A DNA stretch of 64,000 nt from an uncultured Planctomycetota bacterium (lineage in GTDB: Bacteria > Planctomycetota > Planctomycetia > Isosphaerales > Isosphaeraceae). The notes under the pieces were generated by a model. That model had not been told where the DNA came from. It saw only the letters and a program-made list of their open reading frames with translations, and ran no database searches. Made by a program: the position numbers and the translations under genes. The stretch's first letter is position 1. Each line of letters opens with the position of its first letter. Shown one piece after another: positions 1-10,647 of this stretch. The stretch is from positions 192,001 to 256,000 of the forward strand of contig CAWJTV010000020.1 in NCBI GenBank assembly GCA_963845755.1, in the 5' to 3' direction.

Positions 1-1385
1 CAGAGGAGGGTGCCGAAGAGTGATTCCACGATCAGCAAGACGTTCATAACCCCTCCACGAGCCACGTCTCGCAGGTCGCCGAATCCGGAGGTGAACGCAG
101 CCACGCTGGTGGTCAGGCCGATCAGGATCCGGTTGGGAACGCTGTCGAGTGCACTATCGAACGGCGCATGGTCGACGTGCAACGAATTGACGCCGATCAT
201 GTAGAACATCGCGAAGACCAGGATCATGACCAGGGCGGCGACCACGGCCCGCAAGGGGTTCGTCCCGTATCCACAGCCACGGTCCAGCAGCAGCCAGTCG
301 AAGAACCGGGCCAGCTTGGTCCAGGGCCGTCGCCAAGAATGCGCGCGGGCTCGCCGCTGGTTGACCTTGAAACGGTAAAAAGCCCAGTCCTCCTCGTCGT
401 AACGGTGTAGCCCCCCGAAGATCCGCTTCAGCAGTCCATACTCGGCCATCGCCTCGGCGTGATCGCCTGCGCGCTCGCTGACCAGGCGGCCCTCGAGCTG
501 GTCGGTCCGGATCAGGAGCCGTTCGGCGACCGTGTTGTGGAAGGCGAAGCGCTGTTCGGGTCCTTGTTCGATACTTTCCAGGTAGACGAAGTCGTGGAGC
601 TTGGCCTTGGACAGGTCGAGCAGGCCGTCAAACCGCGACCGATCGGCCTCCCACTTCTTGCAGACGGTCGAGCCGCGGAACAGGAACTCCTTGTCGAAAC
701 GGCAGTTCGTCAGGACGAAACCTTGCTCGGCATGGAGGCTACGGAAATCGGCGCCCTCGGCGAACTGGACGTCGCAGAACTCGACCCAGCCGTCGAAGCG
801 GGCCTCCCAGAACCCCACTCCCGCTTCGAAGCGCGAGTCGACGACGAGCGTCCGGCCCCGGGCCCGGATGTTCGCGCAACGCCATACGCCGCCGACCGTG
901 ACCGATCGAATCAGTGGGTGGACGAGCGTCGAACCCCTGAGGTCCCAGCCCTTGGCGAAGGACGTGCGGCCGGCGGTCCGCAGCCGGTCGATCGTGCAGC
1001 TCCTCATCTCCACCTCGTCCAGGAATCGTGCCCGATCGAGCGAAGGCTGCACCAGCACGACGCGATCGAGCCGGACCGGCTTGGGGAACTCGCCCCTGAA
1101 CTTCAGCCGGTCGACTCGCACGTTGCGCAACGGCTCGCCTCGGCGCAGCCGCTCCACGGCTTCGGCCGCGGAGAGTGTCTCCAGGGGCTTGGTGGAGAGT
1201 CCCGGCTCGTCGTCGGCAAGCGCCGGGGCATCCTCGGGGACCATCAACAACTCGGGCTTGAGCGTCAAACCGCGTTGCTGGTCCGGTCCCATCTCGGTTC
1301 CCGTCGGCGAGCCCGCTTCGATCTCCGAGTTGGCCGAAGTTGCCACCATTTCGAACGAGTCGTCGCGATCCAGCGTGTTCATCAT
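1..1385 (-). CDS. Pentapeptide-like repeat protein with C-terminal K+-channel-like TM-pore-TM module (3' end runs off window)
   Basis: Not in the ORF track. Manual translation from ATG 1385 (preceded by GAGGTGGAG) stays open to position 1. It shows beta-repeat segments (FWEARFDGWVEFCDVQFAEGADF), then GYGTNPLRAVVAALVMILVFAMFY and SVAAFTSGFGDL..LLIVESLFG. Confidence 0.75.
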   Translation of the reverse strand, partial: MMNTLDRDDSFEMVATSANSEIEAGSPTGTEMGPDQQRGLTLKPELLMVPEDAPALADDEPGLSTKPLETLSAAEAVERLRRGEPLRNVRVDRLKFRGEFPKPVRLDRVVLVQPSLDRARFLDEVEMRSCTIDRLRTAGRTSFAKGWDLRGSTLVHPLIRSVTVGGVWRCANIRARGRTLVVDSRFEAGVGFWEARFDGWVEFCDVQFAEGADFRSLHAEQGFVLTNCRFDKEFLFRGSTVCKKWEADRSRFDGLLDLSKAKLHDFVYLESIEQGPEQRFAFHNTVAERLLIRTDQLEGRLVSERAGDHAEAMAEYGLLKRIFGGLHRYDEEDWAFYRFKVNQRRARAHSWRRPWTKLARFFDWLLLDRGCGYGTNPLRAVVAALVMILVFAMFYMIGVNSLHVDHAPFDSALDSVPNRILIGLTTSVAAFTSGFGDLRDVARGGVMNVLLIVESLFGTLL

Positions 1386-1512
1386 GCTCCACCTCAGCCG
1401 AATTCCCAGGATTGACAGGACCGACCCGAGACCATAGACATCGAATCGCGCCGATGGGTTCAGGATCTCCGGCGAAACCTGCGATGCGTTTCATCCCGGA
1501 TTGCCGGCCCGA

Positions 1513-2547
1513 TCAGCGGGTCGGGCCGAAGGTTGCGGGATCGCTCAATTCGGCAGACGTCCGCGGGAAGATCGCCCGGGCTTCCTCGATAAGCTCCTGG
1601 TACCGTCCCCTGTATCGCGGGGCGAAGTGGATCAAGACGAGCTCCTCGACCCGGGCCGCGACGGCCAGGTCGGCGGCCTGAATGGCAGTCATGTGCCGGT
1701 AAGTCTCGGCCTGTCGGAGCTGGGCCGCGGCGTAGTACGAGTCGCAGTAGAGCCGTCTGGCCCGGTGTGCCAGCTTGAGCAAGACGGGACGGGATGCCTC
1801 GCTCCAGGCGGTGTCGGTGACATAGGCCAGCCGGGCCCCCTTGGTGGTCGTGAAGTAGCGATCGGCGAGCGTGCCGAGCGCGAACCGGCCACCCTCGATC
1901 TCCACCGACACGTCGCGGTCCGCGCCGTTGCGGAGCAGCGCCAGGACCCGGCCGATCCAGGGCCCAGGCCGTAACGGACCGGCCGCAAGCCGGGCTGCAT
2001 CGGGATGGGCGCCGGGTTTCTCCACCACGGCGAAGGCCAGGCACGGCACCGTGTGATCGACCAGGGTCGCTTCGACCGCGAGATCATTGTTTGTATACAG
2101 GACCGGGATCCGGCCGCGCAGAGCGCGCTCGGCGACCTCCGGCTCGGGGAACCGTCGTGCGCATTCAAGGTCCGCCCAGCGAAGGCGCCCGGAGAGCACC
2201 TCGTGGACGCGCATGACGAGCTTCTGGAATGGGAAGAACGGGTGTTCGTAGCTCTTGACCCGGTCATAGACCCGGCGAATCGTCCCCTCCGGACCGAAGA
2301 CGTGGAGCGTCTTGTCGCGGTCGAGATTCGCACGGACGATCCGGTCGAGTCCCATGAAGTGGTCGACATGATGATGTGTGATAAATACGGCGGCGAGGTC
2401 GCCCAGTCGGTCCGAACCCAGGCCGGCCAGCTCGCCGGCGTCGAACAACAAGGCATCGTCGCGACCCGGGTAGTTGACGTAGAGCGCCGGGTCGCCGGTC
2501 GAGCCGTTGACCAGGCGGATGCCGGAGATGGTGCGAGGTTCCGCCAT
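1513..2547 (-). CDS. Ribonuclease Z-like MBL-fold metallo-hydrolase
   Basis: NGSTGDP, LFDAG, THHHVDH (HxHxDH), DHTVPC, YVTDT, HMT and LIHF motifs. Confidence 0.8.
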   Translation of the reverse strand: MAEPRTISGIRLVNGSTGDPALYVNYPGRDDALLFDAGELAGLGSDRLGDLAAVFITHHHVDHFMGLDRIVRANLDRDKTLHVFGPEGTIRRVYDRVKSYEHPFFPFQKLVMRVHEVLSGRLRWADLECARRFPEPEVAERALRGRIPVLYTNNDLAVEATLVDHTVPCLAFAVVEKPGAHPDAARLAAGPLRPGPWIGRVLALLRNGADRDVSVEIEGGRFALGTLADRYFTTTKGARLAYVTDTAWSEASRPVLLKLAHRARRLYCDSYYAAAQLRQAETYRHMTAIQAADLAVAARVEELVLIHFAPRYRGRYQELIEEARAIFPRTSAELSDPATFGPTR

Positions 2548-2589
2548 CTTTCAGAATTCGCCCATGCGCTCACGACGCTCGTGCCGCGG

Positions 2590-2666
2590 GAGATTCCGGA
2601 TTGGAGATTCGAGATTCCGGATTGGAGATTCGAGATTCCGGATTGGAGATTCCGGATTCCGAGATC
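2590..2666. repeat. Heptamer tandem repeat array (GAGATTC/CGGATTG/CGGATTC)
   Basis: Three exact copies of GAGATTCCGGATTGGAGATTC at 2590-2652, followed by degenerate units; intergenic. Confidence 0.9.
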
Positions 2667-2714
2667 GAGCTTCTTGCGGAATCCGGATCGGTCATCGAGA
2701 ACTGGGGATCGAAG

Positions 2715-3200
2715 CTACTTCTTCTCGGGCACGAAGAAGATCCGCAGGTTGTTGATCAGCCACTTGTCTCCCTGTTTGACCCGCACTTGGTAGAACGGTA
2801 CCTTAATCGGTTCGGCCGCGTTCTCGTTGGGCACGAAGGTGCCGGCAATGACGAGGACGTCCGAGGCCAGAAGCTTGGCATACTCTACGGTGTTCTTGCC
2901 GTGGACCTGGCTGGGATCCTTGAAGACCTCGGCGTAAGCCTTCTCGATCTCCGCGCGGCCATCATATACCTTGACCGAGATCTCGCTCTCTTCCCGGGTC
3001 TGGAAAAAGATCTTGGCGTTGTCGGTGTAGTAGGCGGCCATGGCCCTGGCATCGGCCGTATTGAATGTCGTGGCGCCCTCCTCCGTGAGCTTCTTGGCCA
3101 GCTTCATCGCCTCGTCGGCAGCCTGATCCTGGGAAGAGGCCGGGGTGACGAGACTCAGTCCGAGCAACAACCCCAGAACGATTGCCTTCGATCGGTTCAT
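2715..3200 (-). CDS. Secreted NTF2-like (SnoaL/DUF4440/YybH-type) protein
   Basis: Signal peptide; FNTADARAMAAYYTDNA..GRAEIEKAY..VRVKQGDKWLI. GAGGAG RBS spacing favours ATG 3200. Confidence 0.75.
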   Translation of the reverse strand: MNRSKAIVLGLLLGLSLVTPASSQDQAADEAMKLAKKLTEEGATTFNTADARAMAAYYTDNAKIFFQTREESEISVKVYDGRAEIEKAYAEVFKDPSQVHGKNTVEYAKLLASDVLVIAGTFVPNENAAEPIKVPFYQVRVKQGDKWLINNLRIFFVPEKK

Positions 3201-3454
3201 GATCATAACTCCTCGGGTTCGAGTGTCGGGTCATCCGAGACGACCCCACAACGAATCTCCTTGTAACAAGAAACGACCCGCTCACGCAAGGAATCCTCGG
3301 ATCCTCGCGATCGGAAGGATGGCCGGGCATTCGAGGCACGCTACGGTTCGGTGAATCGCCTGGCTTGAAATCGACCTTCGCTTGTGGTTTCCTGGGACAG
3401 GTGTCCTTTTGCGAGGAGTCACACATCTTCGGTCAATCGCATGAGGAGCGATCG

Positions 3455-4159
3455 TTGGCAGTTGCAAGTAAGGGGGTCGCGACGGGATCCGCCGTACAGG
3501 TCGAGGACGTCGTGAAGAGTTATGGCGGCACGTCATCGCCGGTCGTGGCCCTTCGGGGCGTTTCGATCGCGGTGCGCCCGGGCGAGCGGGTGGCGCTGCT
3601 GGGGAAGTCGGGCTCGGGAAAATCGACGCTCCTGAACATGATCGGCGGCCTGGATCGTCCCACGTCGGGAACCATCCGGGCAGGCGATCGCGACCTTGCC
3701 CGGATGACCGCGGATGAGCTGGCCGCGTATCGATTGACCACCGTGGGGATGATCTTCCAGGCGTACAACCTGATCACGTCGCGATCCGCGCTGGAGAACG
3801 TCGAGCTGCCGATGATCCTGGCGGGCCGTCCCGTGGCCGAGCGTCGGGCGTCGGCGTGCGAGGCGATGGCGGCGGTCGGGCTGGGCGAACGGCTCAATCA
3901 TCGGCCACCCGAGCTCTCCGGCGGCGAGCACCAGCGCGTGGCGATCGCCCGGGCGCTGGTCAACCGGCCCCGGATCCTGCTGGCGGACGAACCGACGGGC
4001 AACCTCGATTCGGCCACGGCCGCCGAGATCATGGCCCTGCTGCTCGACCACGTCCGGCGCGAGGGCACGACGCTGATCATGGTCACCCACGATGAGGAGC
4101 TGGCCCGCCAGGCCGCCGACCGCATCGTCCGGCTGAAGGATGGACAGGTCGTCTCATGA
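3455..4159 (+). CDS. ABC transporter ATP-binding protein (MacB/LolD type)
   Basis: GKSGSGKS, LSGGEHQR, LADEPTGNLD, VTHD. Probable TTG start after GAGGAG; the frame is open from 3365. Confidence 0.92.
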   Translation: MAVASKGVATGSAVQVEDVVKSYGGTSSPVVALRGVSIAVRPGERVALLGKSGSGKSTLLNMIGGLDRPTSGTIRAGDRDLARMTADELAAYRLTTVGMIFQAYNLITSRSALENVELPMILAGRPVAERRASACEAMAAVGLGERLNHRPPELSGGEHQRVAIARALVNRPRILLADEPTGNLDSATAAEIMALLLDHVRREGTTLIMVTHDEELARQAADRIVRLKDGQVVS

Positions 4160-5740
4160 ATGGAAACTCACGCACCGGCACACCGAGGGCGGCCGACCTC
4201 TGGAACCTCGCGCTCTCGGCGATGCGGCAGCAGAAGGTTCGCACGACGCTGACGATCATCGGCGTGGTGGTGGGTACGTTTGCCCTGGTGCTCAGCGTGG
4301 CCGTGGGGCGGGGGATCGATCGCGCGATCATCAAGCTGTTCCGCGAGGACGATCGGCTCCGCAAGATCCTGGTCAACACGAAGTTCGAGGAAAAACTCGA
4401 GAACGTCCCGATCGAACGCCGCGAACCCAAGGGGGAGATGAGCGACGCCAAGCGGGCGAGGCTCCGCAAGGCGATCGTGCGCACACTGGGGATTCTCGAG
4501 ACGTCCACAGTCCAAGCTGACGGCCGACGCGATCCGTAAGCTCGCGGCTCTCGACCATGTCGCCAGCGCCGTGCCGTATGTCAATCTGGGCGGCAAGGCC
4601 ATTCTCGAGGGCAAAGCCGAGGGCGCCGGTGTCAACTCAGTTCCGCCGGATACGCGTTCCTTCCGCGATCGGCTGATCGCGGGGCGATTGTTCACGCCTG
4701 AAGACGGCCGGGTCGCGATCGTCCACGAGTACCTGCTCTATCGCTGGGGACTCGTCCGCGATGAAGATGCCGAGGCGGTGCTGGGGCGGACGTTCCGCCT
4801 GGAGATTCAATCGCAACCCCCCAACACCGTAGACGTGTCCGAGTTCCTCCGGACGGACAATGAACCGATCGAGGAAAAACAGAAACGCGCCCTGGAGTCC
4901 GCCCTGAAGCGGATTGCGAGCCTGGCGCGGCTCCTGCCGCTCCCTCGCGACGAGCGGGACATGTTGGATGAGCTGTTCAACCACATCTCGGCGACCTCCC
5001 GAACGAAACCGTCGCAGACCTTCGTCGAGGAGTTCACCATCGTCGGCGTGGTCCGGGAACATGAGGAGAAGGATCGGGAGCCGGGATGGGGATTATTTGG
5101 GATTGAGATGAACGATATCCTGTTGCCGACCGCGGCGGCTGTCGCGTTCAAGATGCGCGACCCGGACGTCGCCGAGGAGGGATTCCACGAGGTTATGATC
5201 ACGGTCGATCGCGAGGAGGCCGTGAAGGACCTCGCGAAGCAGATCGAGAAGATGGGCTACCGGCAGTTCTCGCTCGCCGAATTCATCGACACTGTCCGCA
5301 TGAACGTGATGCTGATATCGATGGCCACCGCGTTCGTGGCCGTCGTGGCCCTTGTGGTCGCCTCGATCGGGATCACCAACACCATGATCATGAGCGTGCT
5401 GGAGCGGACTCACGAGATCGGAGTCATGAAAGCGCTGGGCGCGCGCGACCGTCACATCCGCTGGATCTTCCTGGTGGAGGGGATGATCCTCGGGATCTTC
5501 GGCAGCGGGCTGGGATTGGTTCTGGCGTGGCTCGCCTCGTTCCCCGGCGATTCGATCACCAGGAGCATCATGGAGTCGCAGAAAAATCATATGCCGGTCA
5601 AGGGCACGCTATTCGCGTTCCCGATCTGGATGGTGCTCGGCGTACCGGCCGCGGTCTGCCTCATCACGACGCTGGCGGCGGCCTATCCCGCCGCACGCGC
5701 CGCAAGGGTCGATCCAGTGACATCCTTGCGGCATGAGTGA
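4156..5740 (+). CDS. ABC transporter permease (MacB/FtsX family), frameshift near 4480-4515
   Basis: RTTLTIIGVVVG in ORF 4156-4539; IGITNTMIMSVLERTHEIGVMKALGA..YPAARAARVDPVTSLRHE in ORF 4571-5740. Confidence 0.88.
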
Positions 5741-5760
5741 TCAGGTTCCCACTCACGCGG

Positions 5761-6885
5761 TCAATTCGAGTCCTTGGCGGCGGCGGCGACAGAGCCCCGC
5801 TTCGCGGCGGGCGGCTTGACCGGCCCGAGCGTCTTGATCAAGCGGAGCAGCTCGCTGTCGGTCGTCAGGATCAGCCGCGTATCTCCCTTCAATGCCTCCT
5901 TGTAGACGTCGAGCGTGCGGGTGAAATTGTAGAAGTCGCCGGTCTCCAGGATGGCCTTGGCATAGGAGTCGATGATCTCCGCGTCGACGCGGCCCTTGAG
6001 GATGCTGGCTTCCTGCTTCCCCTCGCCCTCGATCTTCTGGACCTCGGCCTGGGACTTGTTGATGATCTCCTTCTTGCGCTGTTCGCCCTCGCTGGTCGTC
6101 TTGACGGCGATTGCTTCCATCAGCGAGATGGCGCGGTCGAAGGCGGCCTCGCGCACCTGGGGCACGAACTCGATCCGGGAGAGGCCGACGTCGACCAGCT
6201 CGATACCGCGGCCCTTGCCCTGACTCTCACGTTGCCCATCCTCGGCCAGGGCGTGCTGGGCGGTCTCCCGGATCTGGCTGATGATCTTGAGACGGCCGAG
6301 CTGGACGGATTCCTTGGCCTCGGGCGGGACGATGAAGTCGAGCATGGCCTGATCCGGCTCGGTGCCCGCGGCCGCCTTTCCCGGCTCGCCGGCGCGTGCG
6401 ACCATCTCCGGCGGCAGGCCCAGCGAATAGGTCATCTTGCGATTGGTGCTCCGGACGATCTCGGCCAGGTTGTGGGTGGTGATCGTGTCGCGCGCCGTGC
6501 TCCGGACGAACTCCTTGACGCGGGACTCGGCATTCGGCACGGTGCGCAGCGCCCGGACGAACTGGGCCGGGTCGGTGATCCGCCAGACCGCCCAGACCGT
6601 GACCTCGACCTTCTTGCCGTCGGCGGTGGGGACGTCAACGAGCCGCTCTTCCGGGATGGTCCCGTGCCAGACCTGGAGGGTCTTGGGCAACCGCAGGACT
6701 TCCTGGATCATCGGAACCTTGAAGTAGAGCCCGGGCTTGGTGCGGCTGACGACGGGCTCGCCGAACTGGAGCAGGACGGCCAGCTCGCGCTCGTTGACCG
6801 TGTAGAGCAGGGAATCCAACACGGGGAAGGCCAGCACGAGGGCCAGCCCGACCAGGACGGAGGCAATCGGGCGTCGGCGGTTCAT
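5761..6885 (-). CDS. hflC: FtsH protease modulator HflC (SPFH domain)
   Basis: TM anchor, LQFGEPV..PGLYFKVP, GIELVDV, FYNFTRTLDVY..LILTTDS; overlaps hflK by 4 bp. Confidence 0.85.
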   Translation of the reverse strand: MNRRRPIASVLVGLALVLAFPVLDSLLYTVNERELAVLLQFGEPVVSRTKPGLYFKVPMIQEVLRLPKTLQVWHGTIPEERLVDVPTADGKKVEVTVWAVWRITDPAQFVRALRTVPNAESRVKEFVRSTARDTITTHNLAEIVRSTNRKMTYSLGLPPEMVARAGEPGKAAAGTEPDQAMLDFIVPPEAKESVQLGRLKIISQIRETAQHALAEDGQRESQGKGRGIELVDVGLSRIEFVPQVREAAFDRAISLMEAIAVKTTSEGEQRKKEIINKSQAEVQKIEGEGKQEASILKGRVDAEIIDSYAKAILETGDFYNFTRTLDVYKEALKGDTRLILTTDSELLRLIKTLGPVKPPAAKRGSVAAAAKDSN

Positions 6886-7898
6886 GGGCTCGTCTCTCCC
6901 TTCGCGTCGAGGTTCAGGAGCGGCAGGAGCTGCTTGAGGTCGCTATCGATGATCGTCTTGTTCTTCACGCCCTGGAGGATCTCCTGCATCGCCTCGAGGT
7001 AGAGGCGCTGCCGAGTGATGTCCGGGGCGCGCTGATAGGCGTGATACTTGGCCAAGAGCGCCTCGATCTCGCCGTTCGCCTCGGCGCGCCGGCGAGAGGC
7101 ATAACCCTCGGCCTCGCGGATCAACTTGTCGCGGCTGGCCCGGGCCTCGGGGATCAGGCGGTTCCGCATCGCCTCGGCTTCATTCTCCAGCTTCTGCTTC
7201 TGCTGGATCGCGGCGTTGACCTTGTCGAAGGCCGGCTTGACCCGGTCGGGCGGGATCACGCGCTGCATCTGGAGGGCCGTGACCGTGATGCCGCAGGCGT
7301 AGGCATCGAGGATCTGTTGCGCGTCGGCGCGGGCCTTGAACGCGATATCGCTCCGCTTGGCACCGATCACTTCATCGAACGAGTAGTCGCCCACCAGGCC
7401 GTTCATCACGGTGCGGGCCACGGTCGTCAGCAGGTTCTCGGCGAACCGGTTGTTCTCGTCCTGCGGGAAGCGGAACAGGAACTGCGAGGGCTCGGTCACC
7501 TTCCACTGGACGGTCCACTCGACCGATGCGGTATTCAGGTCGCCCGTCAGCATCAGGGTCTCGTCTTCCAGGCCGATCCGCTGGGAATTGATCGGATCCT
7601 CGGTGCGGGACGCCTGGCCGAACGGCAGCCGCAGGCCGTGCTCCTCGACACTGACCTTCATCACCTGGTCAACCAGCGGAAACTTCAGATGCAGCCCCGG
7701 CATGGTCGTCGCGTGATTCTTGCCGAACCGTAGCACGACGGCCTGCTCGTGGGGTTTGACCGTGTAGCTGAGATCCGACAACAGCCACAAGGCCAGGATC
7801 AACCCGACGATCCAGGGAAACAACGGTAGGTAGCGCTGCCATACCTCGCTCGGCATCGCATCGTCTCTGCGTCGCCGATAGTCCTCGTATGACTCCAT
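6882..7898 (-). CDS. hflK: FtsH protease modulator HflK (SPFH domain)
   Basis: VVLRFGK..PGLH, MLTGDLN, PPDRVKPAFDKV, IPEARA, APDITRQRLYLEAM. Confidence 0.88.
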   Translation of the reverse strand: MESYEDYRRRRDDAMPSEVWQRYLPLFPWIVGLILALWLLSDLSYTVKPHEQAVVLRFGKNHATTMPGLHLKFPLVDQVMKVSVEEHGLRLPFGQASRTEDPINSQRIGLEDETLMLTGDLNTASVEWTVQWKVTEPSQFLFRFPQDENNRFAENLLTTVARTVMNGLVGDYSFDEVIGAKRSDIAFKARADAQQILDAYACGITVTALQMQRVIPPDRVKPAFDKVNAAIQQKQKLENEAEAMRNRLIPEARASRDKLIREAEGYASRRRAEANGEIEALLAKYHAYQRAPDITRQRLYLEAMQEILQGVKNKTIIDSDLKQLLPLLNLDAKGETSP

Positions 7899-8292
7899 CT
7901 TCGGGAAACCTTCCTCATGGAATGAGTATGACCTCAGCTCGCGGTCGCACTGAGATGGAACGGCAAGCCCATTGCACGACTCACCTGTCTGTTCGCCGCA
8001 TCTCCTGAAATCTTGGATCGATCCGGTGGGCCGGTCCGTTCGCCTTCCCTCGGCTTCGGGTGCGATGTCGGCTCGACCGACCGACCGGCCGCGCGTTCCG
8101 GCAACGTCCCTCCGCCGAGGGATCCGCGAGATTTCCCCGATTGTTGACGCGAGGTCCGGCGTTCAGCAAGTGAGGAAGTCCGGCATCCGGCCCGAGATTG
8201 GGAGGAATCCGACCGACTCACTAAAGAATTCGTTGGCGGCGCGTTCCGGGAGCCGGATATCATGGGAACGAATTCCTTCGGAGATTTCTCTC

Positions 8293-10613
8293 ATGAAAAG
8301 CCGTCGAACTTGGTCTCGGACTCCTCGGGCTGTCGGGACTCGCCCTGCTCCTGGTGGGCGGATGGCAATTGCAGGCGAAACGTGCCGATCCGTCTCGCGC
8401 TAAACCGGCGCACGGCTCCAGGCGAGCGACTCTGGGATCCCGGCGACCTGGCAGTGCGTCGGCAAGTCCGTTTTCCCCGGACTTGACGTATCGCCCCAAT
8501 CAGCCGGTGCTCGACCCGAGCGGTTACGGCGCCGTGAGCTTCCTCATGAGACCCTGGAGGCCGGATGCGACGTTGCAGGAGATCCGCGATCACTGGTACG
8601 GGGCCGGTTTCCGGGGCGCCAGGATCATGGATGAGCGGCTGACCGATCCCAATCTGACGAGAGAATCGGAGATCGCCTTTTTGTACGCGAAAGTGGCCTT
8701 GCTGAACTATGAAGGCGAGGCGCGGCAGGCCTACGAGACCCTCGGACGGCTGCGGTCGATCGTCGCGAGCGACGACCGGATCGCCCAACTTTCGCTGGCG
8801 AGCATCATCCACCTCCAGGGCATAACCGCGCTGCGGTTGGGTGAGAATGATAACTGCATCATGTGTCGTGGTGAGAGCGCCTGTATTTTCCCGATCGCGC
8901 CGACGGCCGTTCATGCCAAACCCGAGGGTTCGCGGCTGGCGGTCCGCCACTTCACGGAGTATCTCGATCAGTTCCCGAATCACCTGGAGGTCCGCTGGCT
9001 CCTCAACGTCGCCCACATGACCCTCGGCGAATACCCGGATCGGGTCGATCCCCGGTTCCGATTGAACCTGGACGATTTCTTCCAGTCCCAGCTCGACATC
9101 GGCCGGTTCCGCGACATCAGCGACGTGGTTGGGCTCGACCGCTTCAACCAGTCGGGGGGCGCGATCATGGACGATTTCGACGACGACGGGTTGCTCGATG
9201 TCGTCGTGACCTCCTCCGACCCGACCGAGAGCATGGCCTACTACCGGAACAAGGGGGATGGCACCTTCGAGGATCGGTCTCGGGACGCGGGCCTGACCGA
9301 TCAGCTCGGGGGCCTGGTCTGTTATCAGGCCGACTACAACAACGACGGGCGACTCGACATCTTCATCCCGCGGTGCCTGGCATAACTGGCCGATGCGTCC
9401 GACGCTGCTCCAGAATGACGGCACCGGCCGATTCCGCGACGTGACCCGGGAAGCCGGGCTCTTGGATCCGGCTAATTCCAACGCTGCCGCCTGGGCGGAC
9501 TACGACAACGACGGCTGGATCGACCTGTTTGTCGCCTGCGAGCGCCAGGACAACCGGCTGTACCACAACAAGGGGGATGGGACGTTCGAAGAGGTCGCCG
9601 CCAAGGCCGGCGTGCATGTCGGCGATCCTCGTCGATACTGCAAAGGGTGCACCTGGGTCGACTACGACAACGACGATTTCCCGGACCTGTTCGTGAACAA
9701 TATGTGCGAGGACGCCCGGTTGTACCACAACTCCCGCGACGGCCGCTTCGAGGAAGTCACCTCGGCGGCGGGGATCGATGGGCCCCACCTGGGCTTTTCT
9801 TGCTGGACCTGGGACTACGACAACGATGGCTGGCTCGATATCTTCGCCGCCTGCTTCGACCGGACACTCGAGGATGTCGTTCGCGGCCTCCTGAAGCTGC
9901 CACAGGACCGTTATTCGAATCGCCTGTTTCGGAACCTCGATGGCAAGGGGTTTCAGAACAAGATCGCGGAGGCCGGGCTGGACATGCCGTTCTCCAGCAT
10001 GGGGACCAATTTCGCGGATTTCGACAACGACGGATTCCTCGATTTCTACCTGGGCACCGGCTCGCCCAGTCTGGGCTTCCTGGTCCCGAATCGCATGTTC
10101 AAGAACGTCGACGGCGAGCGGTTCGTCGACATCTCGTCCTCCTCCGGGACCGGTCATCTCCAAAAGGGGCACGGCGTGGCCTGCGGTGACTGGGACCGCG
10201 ACGGCGACGTCGACCTGTTCATCGAAACGGGAGGCGCCGTTCCCGGCGACAAGTATCACAACATCCTCTTCCAGAATCCCGGCCAGGGGAACCACTGGCT
10301 GACGATGAAGCTCATCGGTCAGAAGACCAACCGGTCGGCCATCGGTGCCCGGATCAAGGTCGTCACGGCCGGCGAGAAGCCGCTGACGATTCACCGACAT
10401 GTCACCTCGGGCAGCAGCTTCGGGGCCAACCCTCTGGAGCAGACGATCGGTCTGGCCAGGGCCGACCGCGTCGCCTCGCTGGAGATCCACTGGCCGGCCA
10501 GCGGGATGACGCAGGTCTTCCACGACATCGACGTCAACCAGGCCATCGAGATCCGCGAATTCTCGGCAGGCTACCGGAAGCTTGACTGGAAGCCCTTACC
10601 CGCACTGCATTGA
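8293..10613 (+). CDS. CRTAC1/ASPIC-UnbV FG-GAP repeat protein, frameshifts near 8312 and 9372
   Basis: Many DYDNDGxxD repeats and a C-terminal ASPIC/UnbV segment (NRSAIGARI..WPASG). The junction restores IFIPRGAW..MRPTLL. N-terminal hydrophobic stretch follows ATG 8293. Confidence 0.85.
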
Positions 10614-10647
10614 GCGCGTGGCGACCTGTCGGGCTGGCCGTCCCGGT

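Noticed and set aside
459..1415. Long plus-strand ORFs here and similar antisense ORFs (e.g. 5737-7002, 21096-22850, 55841-57262)
   Set aside because: Shadow frames of real genes on the opposite strand, common in high-GC DNA; no recognisable motifs.
7961..7976. Sigma-54-like CGGCAAGCCCATTGCA
   Set aside because: GG-N10-GC spacing fits, but the -24 match is weak and it lies over 300 bp from the next co-oriented start.
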